Positions 24,001 through 27,504 of a stretch of DNA of 64,000 nucleotides are shown in pieces. Below the pieces are notes generated by a model. That model was not told the DNA's origin, did no database searches, and saw nothing but the letters and a program-made list of their open reading frames with translations. The stretch is from the NCBI GenBank assembly GCA_965204735.1, contig OZ242008.1, positions 2,784,001 to 2,848,000 on the forward strand. The letters run 5' to 3'. Source of the stretch: Longimicrobiales bacterium (GTDB taxonomy: Bacteria > Gemmatimonadota > Gemmatimonadetes > Longimicrobiales > Gaopeijiaceae). The position numbers and the translations under genes were made by a program. Positions within the stretch are counted from its first letter, which is position 1. Each line of letters begins with the position of its first letter.

Positions 24001-27000
24001 CGACGCCTGCACCTTGTAGCGGAAGTGGGTGCGGGTGCCCGAAGCGCTCTCGTAGTAATCCGCCTGCCGCGTCCGCGACCCGATCGTCACCGCCAGTTGG
24101 GGCGTGCCCGTAACTGCAACCGCGCGATTCCAGGACACCCTGAACGCGATTTCCTCCCCCAGCTCGTACGTTTGGTCGGCCGGCGGGCTGCTCAAGATCT
24201 GCACCGCGGTCGCCGCCGGCACGGGCGCTCGGCTGCCGTCCACCTTGTGCGCCGCAACGTTCGAGACCGCGTGCGCGCCGAAGCCCCTGTTCGCTTGCGT
24301 CGTGCCGTTCGCCGCCAAGTTGATCGTACCGATGGTCCGCGCCAAGCTGTTGATGTGGAGGCTCAACCCGTCGCTGTCCCGGTCCACCGCTCGAACCGTG
24401 TAGCGGAAGTTCAACGTCGTGGCGCCTCCTGTGCACCCCGGGCAATGGTAGCGCGCCGCCGGAAACTCGGTCCCGATGAGCAGTGTCACTATCGGCTCGC
24501 CGGTAACCACGACAGGACGGTCGAAGTCGACAGCCACCTCGATTTGCTCGCCCAGCCCGTAGGTGCTGCCGCTGGCTGGCCTGCTCGTGATCCGCACGTC
24601 GGCGACCGACGGCGCCGTCACTTGGCTCCCGTCCACCTGGTGGCGGCCATCGTTCGTGATCTGGGACCCGAGCCCAAGGTTCGCGGCCGTCGTGTCCGTC
24701 CGGGCCGTGATCGTCCCTCCGTTCAGCCTCAGCGCGGTCACCCCAATGCTGACGCCGTCGGGGTCGGAGTCGGACGCCTGCACGTCGTAAGTGAACACCA
24801 GCGATCCGCGCAGGGACGCGCTGCTGAGCGCGGCGTATCGCGTGGCCGCTCCGACCCACAGCGCCAGCTGCGGAGTGCCGGTGTAGCTGATGGACCTGTC
24901 GAACAGCACCTCGACATGGATCCGCTCGCCCAGGTGATACGTCGAGTCGCTGCTCGCCGGCGTGCTCGTGAACCGGACGTTGCTCACCACCGGCGCGCCC
25001 ACCCTGCGGCCGTCCACTTTGTGCGCCGCGCTGTTGGAGATCGCGTGGGCGCCCAGACCCAGCCCCGCCTGCGTCCTCGTCCCCGCTGCGAAGATCCGGC
25101 CGCGCCCCCAGTTGGTCAGCGCGCCCGCCGCGATGCTGATCCCGTCCAAGTCCAAGTCCGACCGCTGCACCGGGTGCCGGAACACCAGCGACGACGTGCC
25201 GTGCCCCCGCGCGTACCTTGCCGCGCGGTCCAACAACCCGATCCCCAGAACCATGCGGGGCGGCGAGCTCAAATTCACGTCGACCGCACGGTTCCACGTC
25301 ACCGTCACCTCGATCCAGTCGCCTGCCTTGAACGTCGAGTCGCTCGACGACGGCGACGAGATCGACACCCCCGTCACCCCCGTCCCCATGCTGCCGTCCA
25401 CCTTGTGCGCCGCGGCGTTCGCGATCGCGTGGGCGCCGAGCGCCAGATTCGCGTTCACCGTGTCGCCCGCCACCTTGATCGTCCCCCCGTTCAGCACCAG
25501 CGCCGGCCCTACGCTCAACCCGTCGGCGTCCCTGTCCGACGCCTGCACGAAGTACCGGAAGTAGAAGTCGCGCCTTGCCGCCGTGGGCGTGGGCCCGGAG
25601 TAGCTCGCGTAGCGCGTCTGCGACCCGATAGTCAACGCCAGCTGGGGCTCTCCCGTCATCACGACGCCGCGGTCGAATACGACCCACATCGTGATCTCCT
25701 CGGACACCGCATACGTCGAGTCGCTGCCGGCAGAAGTCTGGATGTAGGCGTCCGTAATGGTCGGCGCCGTCGCCCGACGTCCATCCGCCTTTTGCGCCGG
25801 ATCGTTGGTGATCGCGTGCGTTCCCAGCCCCAGCTCCGCGTTCGTCGTCCCGTCGATCGACGTGATCGTCCCCCCGTTCAACGTCAGCGCGTTCGCCCCG
25901 ATGCTGATCCCGACCGTGTCCACGTCGGTCGCCCGCAGGTAGTAGTCGAACGAGATGGCGTTGCTGCCGCCCCATCCCACGGGCGACATCTGCCCGGTCC
26001 CGGACCCGAAGGTCAACGCCAACTGCGGCCGGCCCGTCAGCGCGAAGGGCCGGTCGAAGAAGAGCCGAACCCCGATCAGCTCGCCCACCTCGTACGTGGA
26101 ATCGCTCGCCGGCGTCGTTGTGAACTGCACGTCGGTCACCACCGGCGCGCCCGCCACGCTGCCGTCCACCTTGTGCGCCGCGCTGTTCGAGATCGCATGG
26201 CTGCCCAGGCCCAGCGCCGCTCTGGTCGTGCCCTGCCCCACCACGAGAACCCGGCCGTCGCAGCAGAGCGCGTCCGCCGCGATGCTGATCCCGTTCGCGT
26301 CCGAGTCCGAAGACGACACCGTGTACTCGAACTCCAGCGACGACGTGCCCCCGCCCCGCGCGTAGCTCGCCTGTCGCGTCGCCGATCCGATCCCCAGGTT
26401 CAGGACGGGCCGTGTGCTCGCCACGTCGACCGCCGCGCTGAACGTCACCGTCGCCTTGATCCGGTCGCCCCCCTTGAACGTCGAATCGCTCGACGCCGGC
26501 GACGCGATCGACACGCCCGTCACCTTCGTCCCCCGGCTGCCGTCCACCTTGTGCGCTGCGGCGTTGGCGACGGCGTGCGTGCCCAGCCCCAGGATCGCGC
26601 TCACCGGAGAATAGCCCAGCAGCGTCAGCGTCCCCCCGTTCAGCGTCAGTGCGTTCGCCCCGATGCTGATCCCGTTCGCGTCGCTGTCCGACGCCTGCAC
26701 GAAGTAGCTGAACCAGAGGATGTTCGACGTCGGTCCTGGTTGGGCTTCATAGCGCGCCTGCCGGGTCTGCGACCCAACCGTCAACGCCAACTGCGGCCTC
26801 CCGCTCACCGTGACGTGCCGGTTCACCACGACTGCGCGGTCGAACCGAACCACGACCTCGATCTCGTCGCCGAACGTGTACGTCGAGTCGCTGCCCGCAT
26901 CGGTAATGAACGTTACGCTTGCCACGCGCGGCGCCGACCGCCGACCTCCTTGCACCTTGCGCGCCGGATCGTTGGTGATAGCGTGCGTTCCCAGCCCCAG

Positions 27001-27504
27001 CGCCGCATTCGTCCCGTCGCTCGACGTGATCGTCCCCCCGTTGAGCGTCAGCGCGCTCGCCCCGATGCTGATCCCGTCCAAGTCGTGGTCGGTCGACTCG
27101 GTATAGTCGTTGAAGTCGATGTAGTTGCTTCCCACCGCCAAGTGGTAGAACGGTCGCGTCGTGGATCCCATCGTCATCGCCAGCTGCGGGCTGCCCGTTA
27201 CCACGATCGCCCTGTCGAACACGACCCGAACGGTGATCGGCTCGCCCCGCTCGTACGTCGAGTCGCGCGTCGGGGTCGTCGTGAAGTACACGTCGCTGAC
27301 TACCGGCGCGTTCCCCTGCTGGGCCCCACCCGCCTCCTCTGCGGGGCCGCCCCGGTCTTCCCCCGACGCCCCGCGCGCTTCCAAGCCCCACGGCGACGCA
27401 AGCAGCCACAAGAGACCAACGGCGGCGGAGACGGACGGCACGCGCCCCTTGGCCAGTCCCCCTCGGGTCCCGTCCCGCTGACTACTAAACCGGTCGCAAA
27501 TCAT
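1..27504 (-). CDS. Giant secreted repeat protein (putative adhesin), >9,100 aa, C-terminus beyond left edge
   Basis: The minus frame codon-aligned with the long + ORFs reads as natural protein wherever sampled. The ORF track reports no minus ORF in this frame, consistent with no stop before the window edge. In-frame TAG at 27510-27508, then ATG 27504 (alternative GTG 27441) and VPSVSAAVGLLWLLASPWGLEA (signal-peptide-like). Repeat consensus approx. S-P-x-x-D-T-Y-x-x-G-E-x-I-x-V-x-V-x-F...VTGTPQLALTIGxxTRQAxYxSGxGTxxLxFxYxVxxxDxDxDGxSIGASALxLNGGTI...LGLGxxAxxNxxxHKVxG. Confidence 0.9.
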   Translation of the reverse strand, partial: MICDRFSSQRDGTRGGLAKGRVPSVSAAVGLLWLLASPWGLEARGASGEDRGGPAEEAGGAQQGNAPVVSDVYFTTTPTRDSTYERGEPITVRVVFDRAIVVTGSPQLAMTMGSTTRPFYHLAVGSNYIDFNDYTESTDHDLDGISIGASALTLNGGTITSSDGTNAALGLGTHAITNDPARKVQGGRRSAPRVASVTFITDAGSDSTYTFGDEIEVVVRFDRAVVVNRHVTVSGRPQLALTVGSQTRQARYEAQPGPTSNILWFSYFVQASDSDANGISIGANALTLNGGTLTLLGYSPVSAILGLGTHAVANAAAHKVDGSRGTKVTGVSIASPASSDSTFKGGDRIKATVTFSAAVDVASTRPVLNLGIGSATRQASYARGGGTSSLEFEYTVSSSDSDANGISIAADALCCDGRVLVVGQGTTRAALGLGSHAISNSAAHKVDGSVAGAPVVTDVQFTTTPASDSTYEVGELIGVRLFFDRPFALTGRPQLALTFGSGTGQMSPVGWGGSNAISFDYYLRATDVDTVGISIGANALTLNGGTITSIDGTTNAELGLGTHAITNDPAQKADGRRATAPTITDAYIQTSAGSDSTYAVSEEITMWVVFDRGVVMTGEPQLALTIGSQTRYASYSGPTPTAARRDFYFRYFVQASDRDADGLSVGPALVLNGGTIKVAGDTVNANLALGAHAIANAAAHKVDGSMGTGVTGVSISSPSSSDSTFKAGDWIEVTVTWNRAVDVNLSSPPRMVLGIGLLDRAARYARGHGTSSLVFRHPVQRSDLDLDGISIAAGALTNWGRGRIFAAGTRTQAGLGLGAHAISNSAAHKVDGRRVGAPVVSNVRFTSTPASSDSTYHLGERIHVEVLFDRSISYTGTPQLALWVGAATRYAALSSASLRGSLVFTYDVQASDSDPDGVSIGVTALRLNGGTITARTDTTAANLGLGSQITNDGRHQVDGSQVTAPSVADVRITSRPASGSTYGLGEQIEVAVDFDRPVVVTGEPIVTLLIGTEFPAARYHCPGCTGGATTLNFRYTVRAVDRDSDGLSLHINSLARTIGTINLAANGTTQANRGFGAHAVSNVAAHKVDGSRAPVPAATAVQILSSPPADQTYELGEEIAFRVSWNRAVAVTGTPQLAVTIGSRTRQADYYESASGTRTHFRYKVQASDVDADGISVATNALTLNGGTINDAVNDSAAALTLPRAIPNTLSHKVNGGRTTRPSVSALSLNSTPDFTFTLGDRIVVTVRWDRTVAVTGTPRLALTIGTQTRQAEYASGTGTNALAFHYSVAATDVDTTGISIGASALTLNGGTIKHVGSNAVDANLGLGRHAIANSARHKVDGSQVSIIMRGVGVSGLSCPETGDTCELGDRILVFGLWTDSNRRRIVGIDVTGTPQIAIAVGAQTRYANYDAVKTVELGTSGPGVVYFSYFVQPADRDTDGIHIPPNGLRLNGGTIKVAGSQRDAPLKHAGSPVATDTKVNGGSSTAPSARSLRIVSSPASGDTYGFFENIRVRVEFSRAVAVTGTPRLALAIGSQTRQASYASGTGTEFLEFGYRVQVSDADADGIGVGANALTLNGGKIALQGDTATNASLALGHHAIANAAAHKVDASQGAPGVGGLVLGSPPVGDTFERGDTIAATLTFNRAVDVTGTPQLALTIGATTRQAAYVSGTGTASLVFRYVVVQADADADGLSVGASALALNGGTIDAAGGTTDARLGLGSHAVANSSGHKVAGGTFTAAAVSGVSITSSPASDSTYGFDEVIEVQATFNRRVTVTGTPQLALTIGTQTRQANYTSGTGTASLTFRYTVMAADADSTGVGIGASALALNGGGIADARDGSTAASLGLGANAVAAAAAHKVDGARGPPRVAGVAVGSPAVGDTFERGERIEVTVTFTKAVDVTGTPQLALTIGAATKQAAYASGTGTASLVFRYVVVQADADADGLSIGASALALNGGTIDEAGGTTDALLGLGSRAVANSSGHKVAGGTFTTPAVSGVTISSSPGVGDTYALAERIEVEVAFSRPVSVSGAPQLALTIGTQTRQAAYASGTGTTTLTFGYAVVAADADSTGISIGASALTLNGGTINDVRSSATAASLGLGANAIANASGHKVIGTPAVPTVTGVSVASSPASGDAYGAGETITVHIVFQVPVVVTGAPQLALTVGPETRQAALAGGSGTDTLAFSYTTVATDTDTDGIGVAASALALNGGTIRSGRGTDALLGLGAHAIANAAGHKVDGRATAPTVTAVRVASTPLFQVWNVGLYGRGETIEVQVGFSLPVRVTGAPRLALTIGAATRQAAYAGGSGTATLAFRYTVGQSDLDGDGIGVGASALTLNGGAIRSRAGASAALGLGSHAITAASGHTVDGRQGGGAPEVTGGSIVSRPGVGDTYGIGETIRLRVVFNERVAVTGTPQLGLEIGTPTRQASYASGTGTTELEFRYTVQAGDKDDNGVAVPGTFTDLAGSISSVASGNSLDTSKEYERVKTADLVDHKVDAASDNRASIPMPNAVTISSSAGNDSTYAAGDTISVQVGFTVAATVTGTPQLALSIGSATRQAAYASGSGTATLTFRYAVTDADADADGISIGDLALALNGGTIRSGSGAYATLTLGTHAISNAAAHKVAGTTTAPTVNAASVTSTPATGDTYGAAEKIAVQIGFRIPVVVTGAPQLALTIGTQTRQAGYAGGSGTRVLTFDYVTVATDADANGIGVAAAALTLNGGTVRNWAGTNAVLGLGAHAIANASGHKVNGAATVPAVNTLTIASTPASGDTYGAGETITVEVGFQIPATVTGAPQLALTVGAQTRQAGYASGSGTKTLTFSYEVAATDADSDGIGVGASALALNGGTIQSGAGTNAALGLGTNAIANAGGHKVNGVATVPTVNALTIASTPASGDTYGAGETITVEVGFRIPATVTGTPRLALTVGAQTRQAEYASGSGTKTLTFSYEVVATDADSDGIGVGASALALNGGTIQSGAGTNAALGLGANAIANAGSHKVDGAATAPTVNAVTIASTPASGDTYGAGETITVEVGFRIPATVTGTPQLALTVGSQTRQAGYASGSGTKTLTFSYTVLATDADSDGIGVGASALALNGGTIQSGAGTNAALGLGTHAIANASSHKVDGAATVPAVNAVTIASTPASGDTYGAGETITVEVGFQIPATVTGTPLLALTVGASTVQAQYVRGSGSGTLVFEHVVQTTNVDADGISVGASALTLNVGTIRSGAGTNAALGLGTHAIANASGHKVNGATATPPSVNAVAVASSPASGDTYGAGERIDVTVGFDIAVDVTGAPQLALTIGAQTRQAAYRSGGGTRTLAFEYVVQSADADNDGIGIGASALALNGGTIGSSFGASAALGLGTHAIANASGHKVNGATATVPAVSRATIASAPATGDTYGAAEAITVEIAFTTPVAVTGQPQLALTIGAQTRQASYAGGSGSKTLSFAYTTTVADADSDGIGVGASALALNGGTIRSQTGTNAALGLGAHAIADASGHKVDGTTTVPVVNAVAIASSPASGDTYEIGETITVQVGFQIAVTVTGTPQLALTIGTRTRQASYAAGSGADSLTFSYTVEAGDSDSDGIGVGASALSLNGGTIRSGTSTNAALGLGAHAIANAAAHKVDASQGPPGVAGLVLGSPPVGDTFERGDTIVATVTFNKAVDVTGAPQLALTIGAAARQAAYAGGTGTASLVFRYVVATGDADTDGISVGASALGLNGGTIRLAGGTPNALLGLGSRAVTNSAGHKVAGGALRAPAVTGVVLVSSPDSASTYGLGEEITVQVTFGRPVNVRRTPRLVLTIGAQSRQANFVLGSGTATLTFRYVVAASDADSDGLSIGASALTLNGGTIVDLRDGATAAALGLGAHAIADAAGHKVDGSMEKAPAVVGVQIGSTPADGTTYKRSEKIRVEVAFDRVVAVTNSHRLGLALTLGTQTRQASFLRGTRTKTLTFEYTVQPSDADSDGLSIGASALTLNGGRANSGAIRIAGGTANALLGLGTHAISNSASHKVDGSRIVSPSVDEVAIGGRRVGDTYELGQFIIIFLLFDREVVVTGAPQVALRVGTQTRQAQYFTGSADQLTFTYVVQASDVDADGVSMDANALTLNGGTIASAVDSTTAANLTTQAFAPGANFKVNGAQTTQPSVTTVAFGDLPTAQTYELGDEVVVSVGFDRVIEVTGTPQLALTIGAETRQASFDELARLGDILRFSYVVRPPDADSNGISIGANALTLNGGTIRLGGSATVNANLGLGAHAIVDDPNRKVDSNRGPPGVSGLALNSPVADDTYGLGDVIEATVTFNKAVDVTGTPQLALTIGAATRQASYASGTGTASLVFRYTVVAADADSVGLSIGASALALNGGTIDVAGGTTDAFLDLGGHAVSNSASHKVDGTLDRPTVADLVVGSPPTGDTFERNDSIAVTVTFNRAVDVTGTPQLALGIGTQTRQAAYASGTGTASLVFRYLVVPGDVDADGLSIGASALSLNGGTIDIAGGTTDALLGLGSHAVSNSTGHKVAGNRFTPSSASGVTVASSPASGDTYGLGEQIEVEVSFVRPVVVTGTPQLALGIGTDTVQADYASGTGTTTLTFRHAVAVGDADSDGISVDASALTLNGGTINDVRGGTSIAAGLGLGAHAIANAAAHKVDASQGPAGVTGVAIGDPVVGDTFERDDTIAATVTFNKAVDVTGAPQLALTIGAVMRQASYASGTGTASLVFRYVVVQADADADGLSIGASALSLNGGTIDVAGETTDALLGLGSHAVSNSTGHKVAGGTLTGPAPSGVTIASTPSSDSTYGRTERIEVEVTFARPVVVTGTPQLALTIGTQTRQASYASGTGTATLAFRYTVQGTDRDSTGLSVGASALALNGGTIADARDGTTAATLGLGAHAVSDAAAHKVDGSLGTPGVIGVSFADDPYNAEYERGDAIDVRVSFSRTVDVTGAPQLALGIGTQTRQAAYASGTGTNTLVFRYVVVQSDRDIDGISIGASALTLNGGTIQAAGTTMDAVLGLGSHAITNSSSHQVNGSLFTGLAVEDVYVRSAPASDSTYKLGERIELDVLFQRAVVVTGTPQLALGIGSATRQASYASGSGTKQLRFRYAVAAADVDADGISLSGSALTLNGGAINDARAGGSAAGLGTSASVFSNDAAHKVNGGLGAPSVSALTIGAPVVGDVFERGDTIVATVEFNAAVAVTGTPQLALGIGSATRQAGYASGTGTASLVFRYVVASGDADADGLSIGASALALNGGTIRRTGTTTDALLDLGAHAVTNSAGHKVAGGTFTASAVSGVAIASVPGSDSTYVRTERIEVEVSFARPVTVTGTPQLALGIGSQTRQASYASGSGTKTLTFRYAVQAADSDSDGISIGPSALGLNGGTIADARDGATAAGLGLGSHAIANAAAHKVNGARGPPGVSGLSIASPVVGDTFERGDTIAVTVTFTDSVDVTGTPRLALGIGTQTRQAEYASGTGTASLVFRYVVASGDTDADGLSIGASALALNGGTIDVAGGTTDALLGLGSHAVSNSTGHKVAGGTFTAASVSAVTIASTPASDSTYAETEEIAVEVTFNRRVTVTGTPQLALAIDTLTRQAEYVDGTGTATLTFAYQVVAADADSTGLSIGASALGLNGGTIADARDGTTAASLGLGSNAVSDAAAHKVDGSLPPPPTPTTGVPEARGLAIGAPAVGDTFERGETIEVELVFHRTVDVTGTPQLALTIGAATRQASYASGTGTDTLVFRYVVASGDADADGLSIGASALALNGGTIRASGEALDALLDLTAYAIANSSGHKVAGGTFTTPAVSAVTISSAPAADSTYHLGEQIEVKVAFGRPVAVTGAPQLALTIGAQTRQASWESATSKADTLVFAYAVRPADADTTGISIGSSALALNGGTIVDVRAGATAASLGLGSNAITDAAAHKVDGSLGPPGVTGVAVGSPVVGDTFERGDTVAVTVTFNKAVDVTGTPQLALAIGAATRQAGYASGTGTASLVFRYVVASGDADADGLSIDAGALALNGGTIDVAGGTTDAFLGLGAHAVSNSAGHKVAGGTFTAAAVSGVAIASSPASDSTYGLNERIEVKLVFSRRVSVTGTPQLALTIGAATRQADYGSGTGTDTLSFAYTVGVADADSDGLGIGASALGLNGGAIADARDGTTAASLGLGTNAIAAAAAHKVDGTRGPPTVTGVAVGSPVVGDTFERGDTIAVTVTFHKAVDVTGTPQLALTIGAATRQAGYASGTGTASLVFRYVVASGDADADGLSIGAGALALNGGTIDEAGETTDAALGLGSHAVSNSSGHKVAGGTFTAAAVTGVSITSRPASDSTYGAGDRIEVEVTFARSVAVTGTPQLALTIGAATRQADYAAGTGTSTLAFRYAVAATDSDSDGISIGAGALTLNGGGIADARDGATAAGLGLGANAVSNSAAHKVNGSLATLAAPSGLTATPTASGAVQLRWTDPSDTTITKYQVRHRNESSSGSFTAWTDVPSSGASTTSHTVSSLTDQVDYRFELRAVAGSRAGRASFALARPSDIWVTGVQITSSPTADDTYGPGQTIEVTVSFSAFRPRVTGSPVLKIGVGTATRDAAYSGTGLTSARFQYTVTAADADSDGISIGPNALDFTAGWVNTRFSIASPTIGRYAIENSAGHKVDGLLGTPAAPTGFSASPGNAQVTLSWTDPSDTTLTGYQFRQAIATEPFSRWTDISGSDASTTSHVVPSLSNGTEYKFQVRAQNSVGSGHASEEARATPTSAPVVTAVRFVGTPVSGDTYGAGEVVRVDVEFSAVLTVTGSPRLALTIGAAARQAAMERVRERTVRFAYTVRSGDVDADGIGVAAAALTLGGGTISGPGGASAQLSLGARAFTANAAHKVNGATATAPFVDFVQITSSPSSGDTYGGGERIDVHVRFGAAVPITVVGSPRLALTVGAQTRQATLSRASGQSLHFGYVVQAADADADGVSIGASALTLNGATIRSGAGAAAGLGLGAHAVADASGHKVSGSTATAPAVSAVSITSAPASGDTYGAGEKITARVSFQLPIVVAGAPRLALAVGSQTRQAEFARLSGQSMYFDYTVLSSDADADGISIAANALSLNGGTILSTIGTAAALGLGAHAVANASGHKVSGSTATTPEATSVSVTSAPVSGDTYGAGERIEVKVGFNLEVRTTGSPQLALGVGAATRQAALLGGDGAGLTFGYVVQSADVDADGISVGASALGLNGGTIASTAGATAALGLGGHAIANASAHKVNGASATTPAVVSAAVTSAPASGDTYYAGEAIAVAVGFDVPVAVTGAPQLALTIGAQTRQAAYVSGTNTKTLTFRYTVVLADSDSTGIAVGASALGLNGGTIRSGVGTNAGLGLGAHAIADAAGHKVDGTSTAPTVNAASIASTPASGDSYGAGETIAVEIGFDFPVTVTGTPRAALTIGAATRHADYASGSGNTSLRFEYVVDATDADADGISLAAGALELNGGTVRSSVGTDAALGLGSYAIADASAHKVNGAATVPAVTGATIVSDAGSDSTYAAGDAVSVEVAFQIPVTVTGTPQLALTIGTGAGQAAYAGGTGTKTLTFSYTVRATDVDGNGIAVAANALTLNGGALQSGAGTNAALSLGTFAIADAAAHKVDGTSTVPVVTSAAVASSPAGSDTYGAGETISVRVGFSIPVTVTGAPQLAVAVGSATRQVAYASGSGTTALVFDYVTLATDRDDDGISVGAGALTLNGGTIRSGSGTNATLALGGHAIANAGGHKVNGAATAPLVSSMSVSSAPASGDTYGGGEKITVSVVFQIPVTVTGTPQLALTVGNATRQADYASGSGTAALAFDYVVQTADSDSNGISVGPTALALNGGTIRSAAGTNANLSLFVNAFSNSPDHKVDGSSATTPTVRAATIGSDAGADSTYFAHDAIVVEIGFNVPVTVTGAPQLALAIGAQTRQASYASGSGTTALTFRYVVTAADSDSDGIAVGASALALNGGTIRSSVGADATLGLGSNAIAAAAAHKVDGSQGPPGVTGVAVGSPVVGDVFERHDTIAVTVTFDQAVDVTGTPQLALTIGTATKQASYAGGTGTTALVFRYVVASGDVDADGLSIGAGALALNGGTIDVAGGTTDAVLGLGAHAVSNSSGHKVAGNTFTAASVSGVTISSTPASASTYQLGESIEVKVAFGRPVAVTGTPRLALTIGTQTRQASYVAASSTADTLVFGYAVRPADADTDGVSIGASALTLNGGTIADVRPGAAAAGLGLGANAVTNDASHKVNGSLGPPGVAGLSVAAPLVGATFERGDTVAATVTFNKAVDVTGTPQLALGIGSQTRQAGYASGTGTTALVFRYVVVQADADADGLSIGASALALNGGTIDVAGGTTDALLSLAHHAISNDGARRVAGGTFTAASASGVTISSSPASDSTYGRTERIEVEVTFDRRVAVTGTPQLALTIGSQTRQASYASGTGTTTLTFGYTVATADADANGISIGASALALNGGTIADARDATMAAGLGLGSYAIANAAAHKVDGNQGPPGVIGLVVASPPTGDTFERGDVIAATLTFNRAVAVTGTPQLALGIGTQTRQASYASGSGTTALVFRYTVVTADVDADGLSIGTSALALNSGTIRLSGGTLDATLGLGTHAISNSTGHKVAGGTFTASSVSGVTISSAPSSGDTYGLGEEIEVEASFVRAVSVTGTPQLALGVGTDTVQADYGSGTGTKTLAFSYTVAASDADSDGLSIGASALTLNGGTIVDARDGSTAASLGLGTNAIANAASHKVDGAQGPPGVTALSIASPVVGDTFERGDTVAATVTFNKAVDVTGTPQLALTIGSATRQASYASGTGTASLVFRYVVASGDADADGLSIGASALALNGGTIDVAGGTTDALLGLGASAVSNSTGHKVAGGTFTAASVSGVAITSAPASDSTYGRTERIEVEVTFNRRVTVTGPPQLALTIGAQTRQASYASGTGTATLAFRYTVAAADSDSTGIGIGASALALNGGTIADARDGTTAAALGLGTNAIANAAAHKVDGSRGPPGVTALSISAPTVGDTFERGETIEVSLVFNRSVDVTGTPRLALGIGSATRQASYASGTGTDTLVFRYVVASGDADADGLSIGASALSLNGGTIRVAGGTLDATLGLGSSAVVNSTGHKVAGGTFTTPAVSAVTLSSTPASASTYQLGESIEVKVA
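7265..8210 (-). other. Two fibronectin type III domains inside the giant protein, separated by one divergent repeat
   Basis: ~8210-7930 reads APSGLTATPTASGAVQLRWTDPSDTTITKYQVR...SHTVSSLTDQVDYRFELRAV. ~7550-7265 reads PAAPTGFSASPGNAQVTLSWTDPSDTTLTGYQFR...SLSNGTEYKFQVRAQNSVG. Both have the FN3 W, Y and L-x-x-x-x-x-Y-x-F-x-V/L-R-A pattern. Confidence 0.85.
17996..19260. repeat. Near-identical 375-bp tandem copies within the giant gene
   Basis: The block ...GGAAGCCCACCTCCACCGTGATCGTCTCGCCCGCGCCGTACGTGTCCCCGCTCGCAGGCGTGCTCGCGATCGTCA recurs in units starting at ~17996, 18371, 18746 and 19121 (375-bp period). Confidence 0.85.

Larger units (their letters stand above)
1..27310 (-). repeat. Intragenic tandem array of ~375-bp (~125 aa) repeats, about 70 copies
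   Basis: Recurring + strand markers CACCTTGTG (HKV), GCCGCCGTTCAG (LNGG) and CAGCGCCAGCTGCGGCG (PQLAL) every ~370-385 bp. The count is estimated from length. Confidence 0.9.

Noticed and set aside
3590..25975. Minus-strand ORFs 3590-8068 (1492 aa) and 22979-25975 (998 aa)
   Set aside because: Off-frame relative to the real gene; R/G-rich composition with no domain motifs.
1..27504. Diversity-generating retroelement or shufflon acting on the giant gene
   Set aside because: No reverse transcriptase or recombinase in the window, and I saw no adenine-specific TR/VR pair or inverted cassettes.
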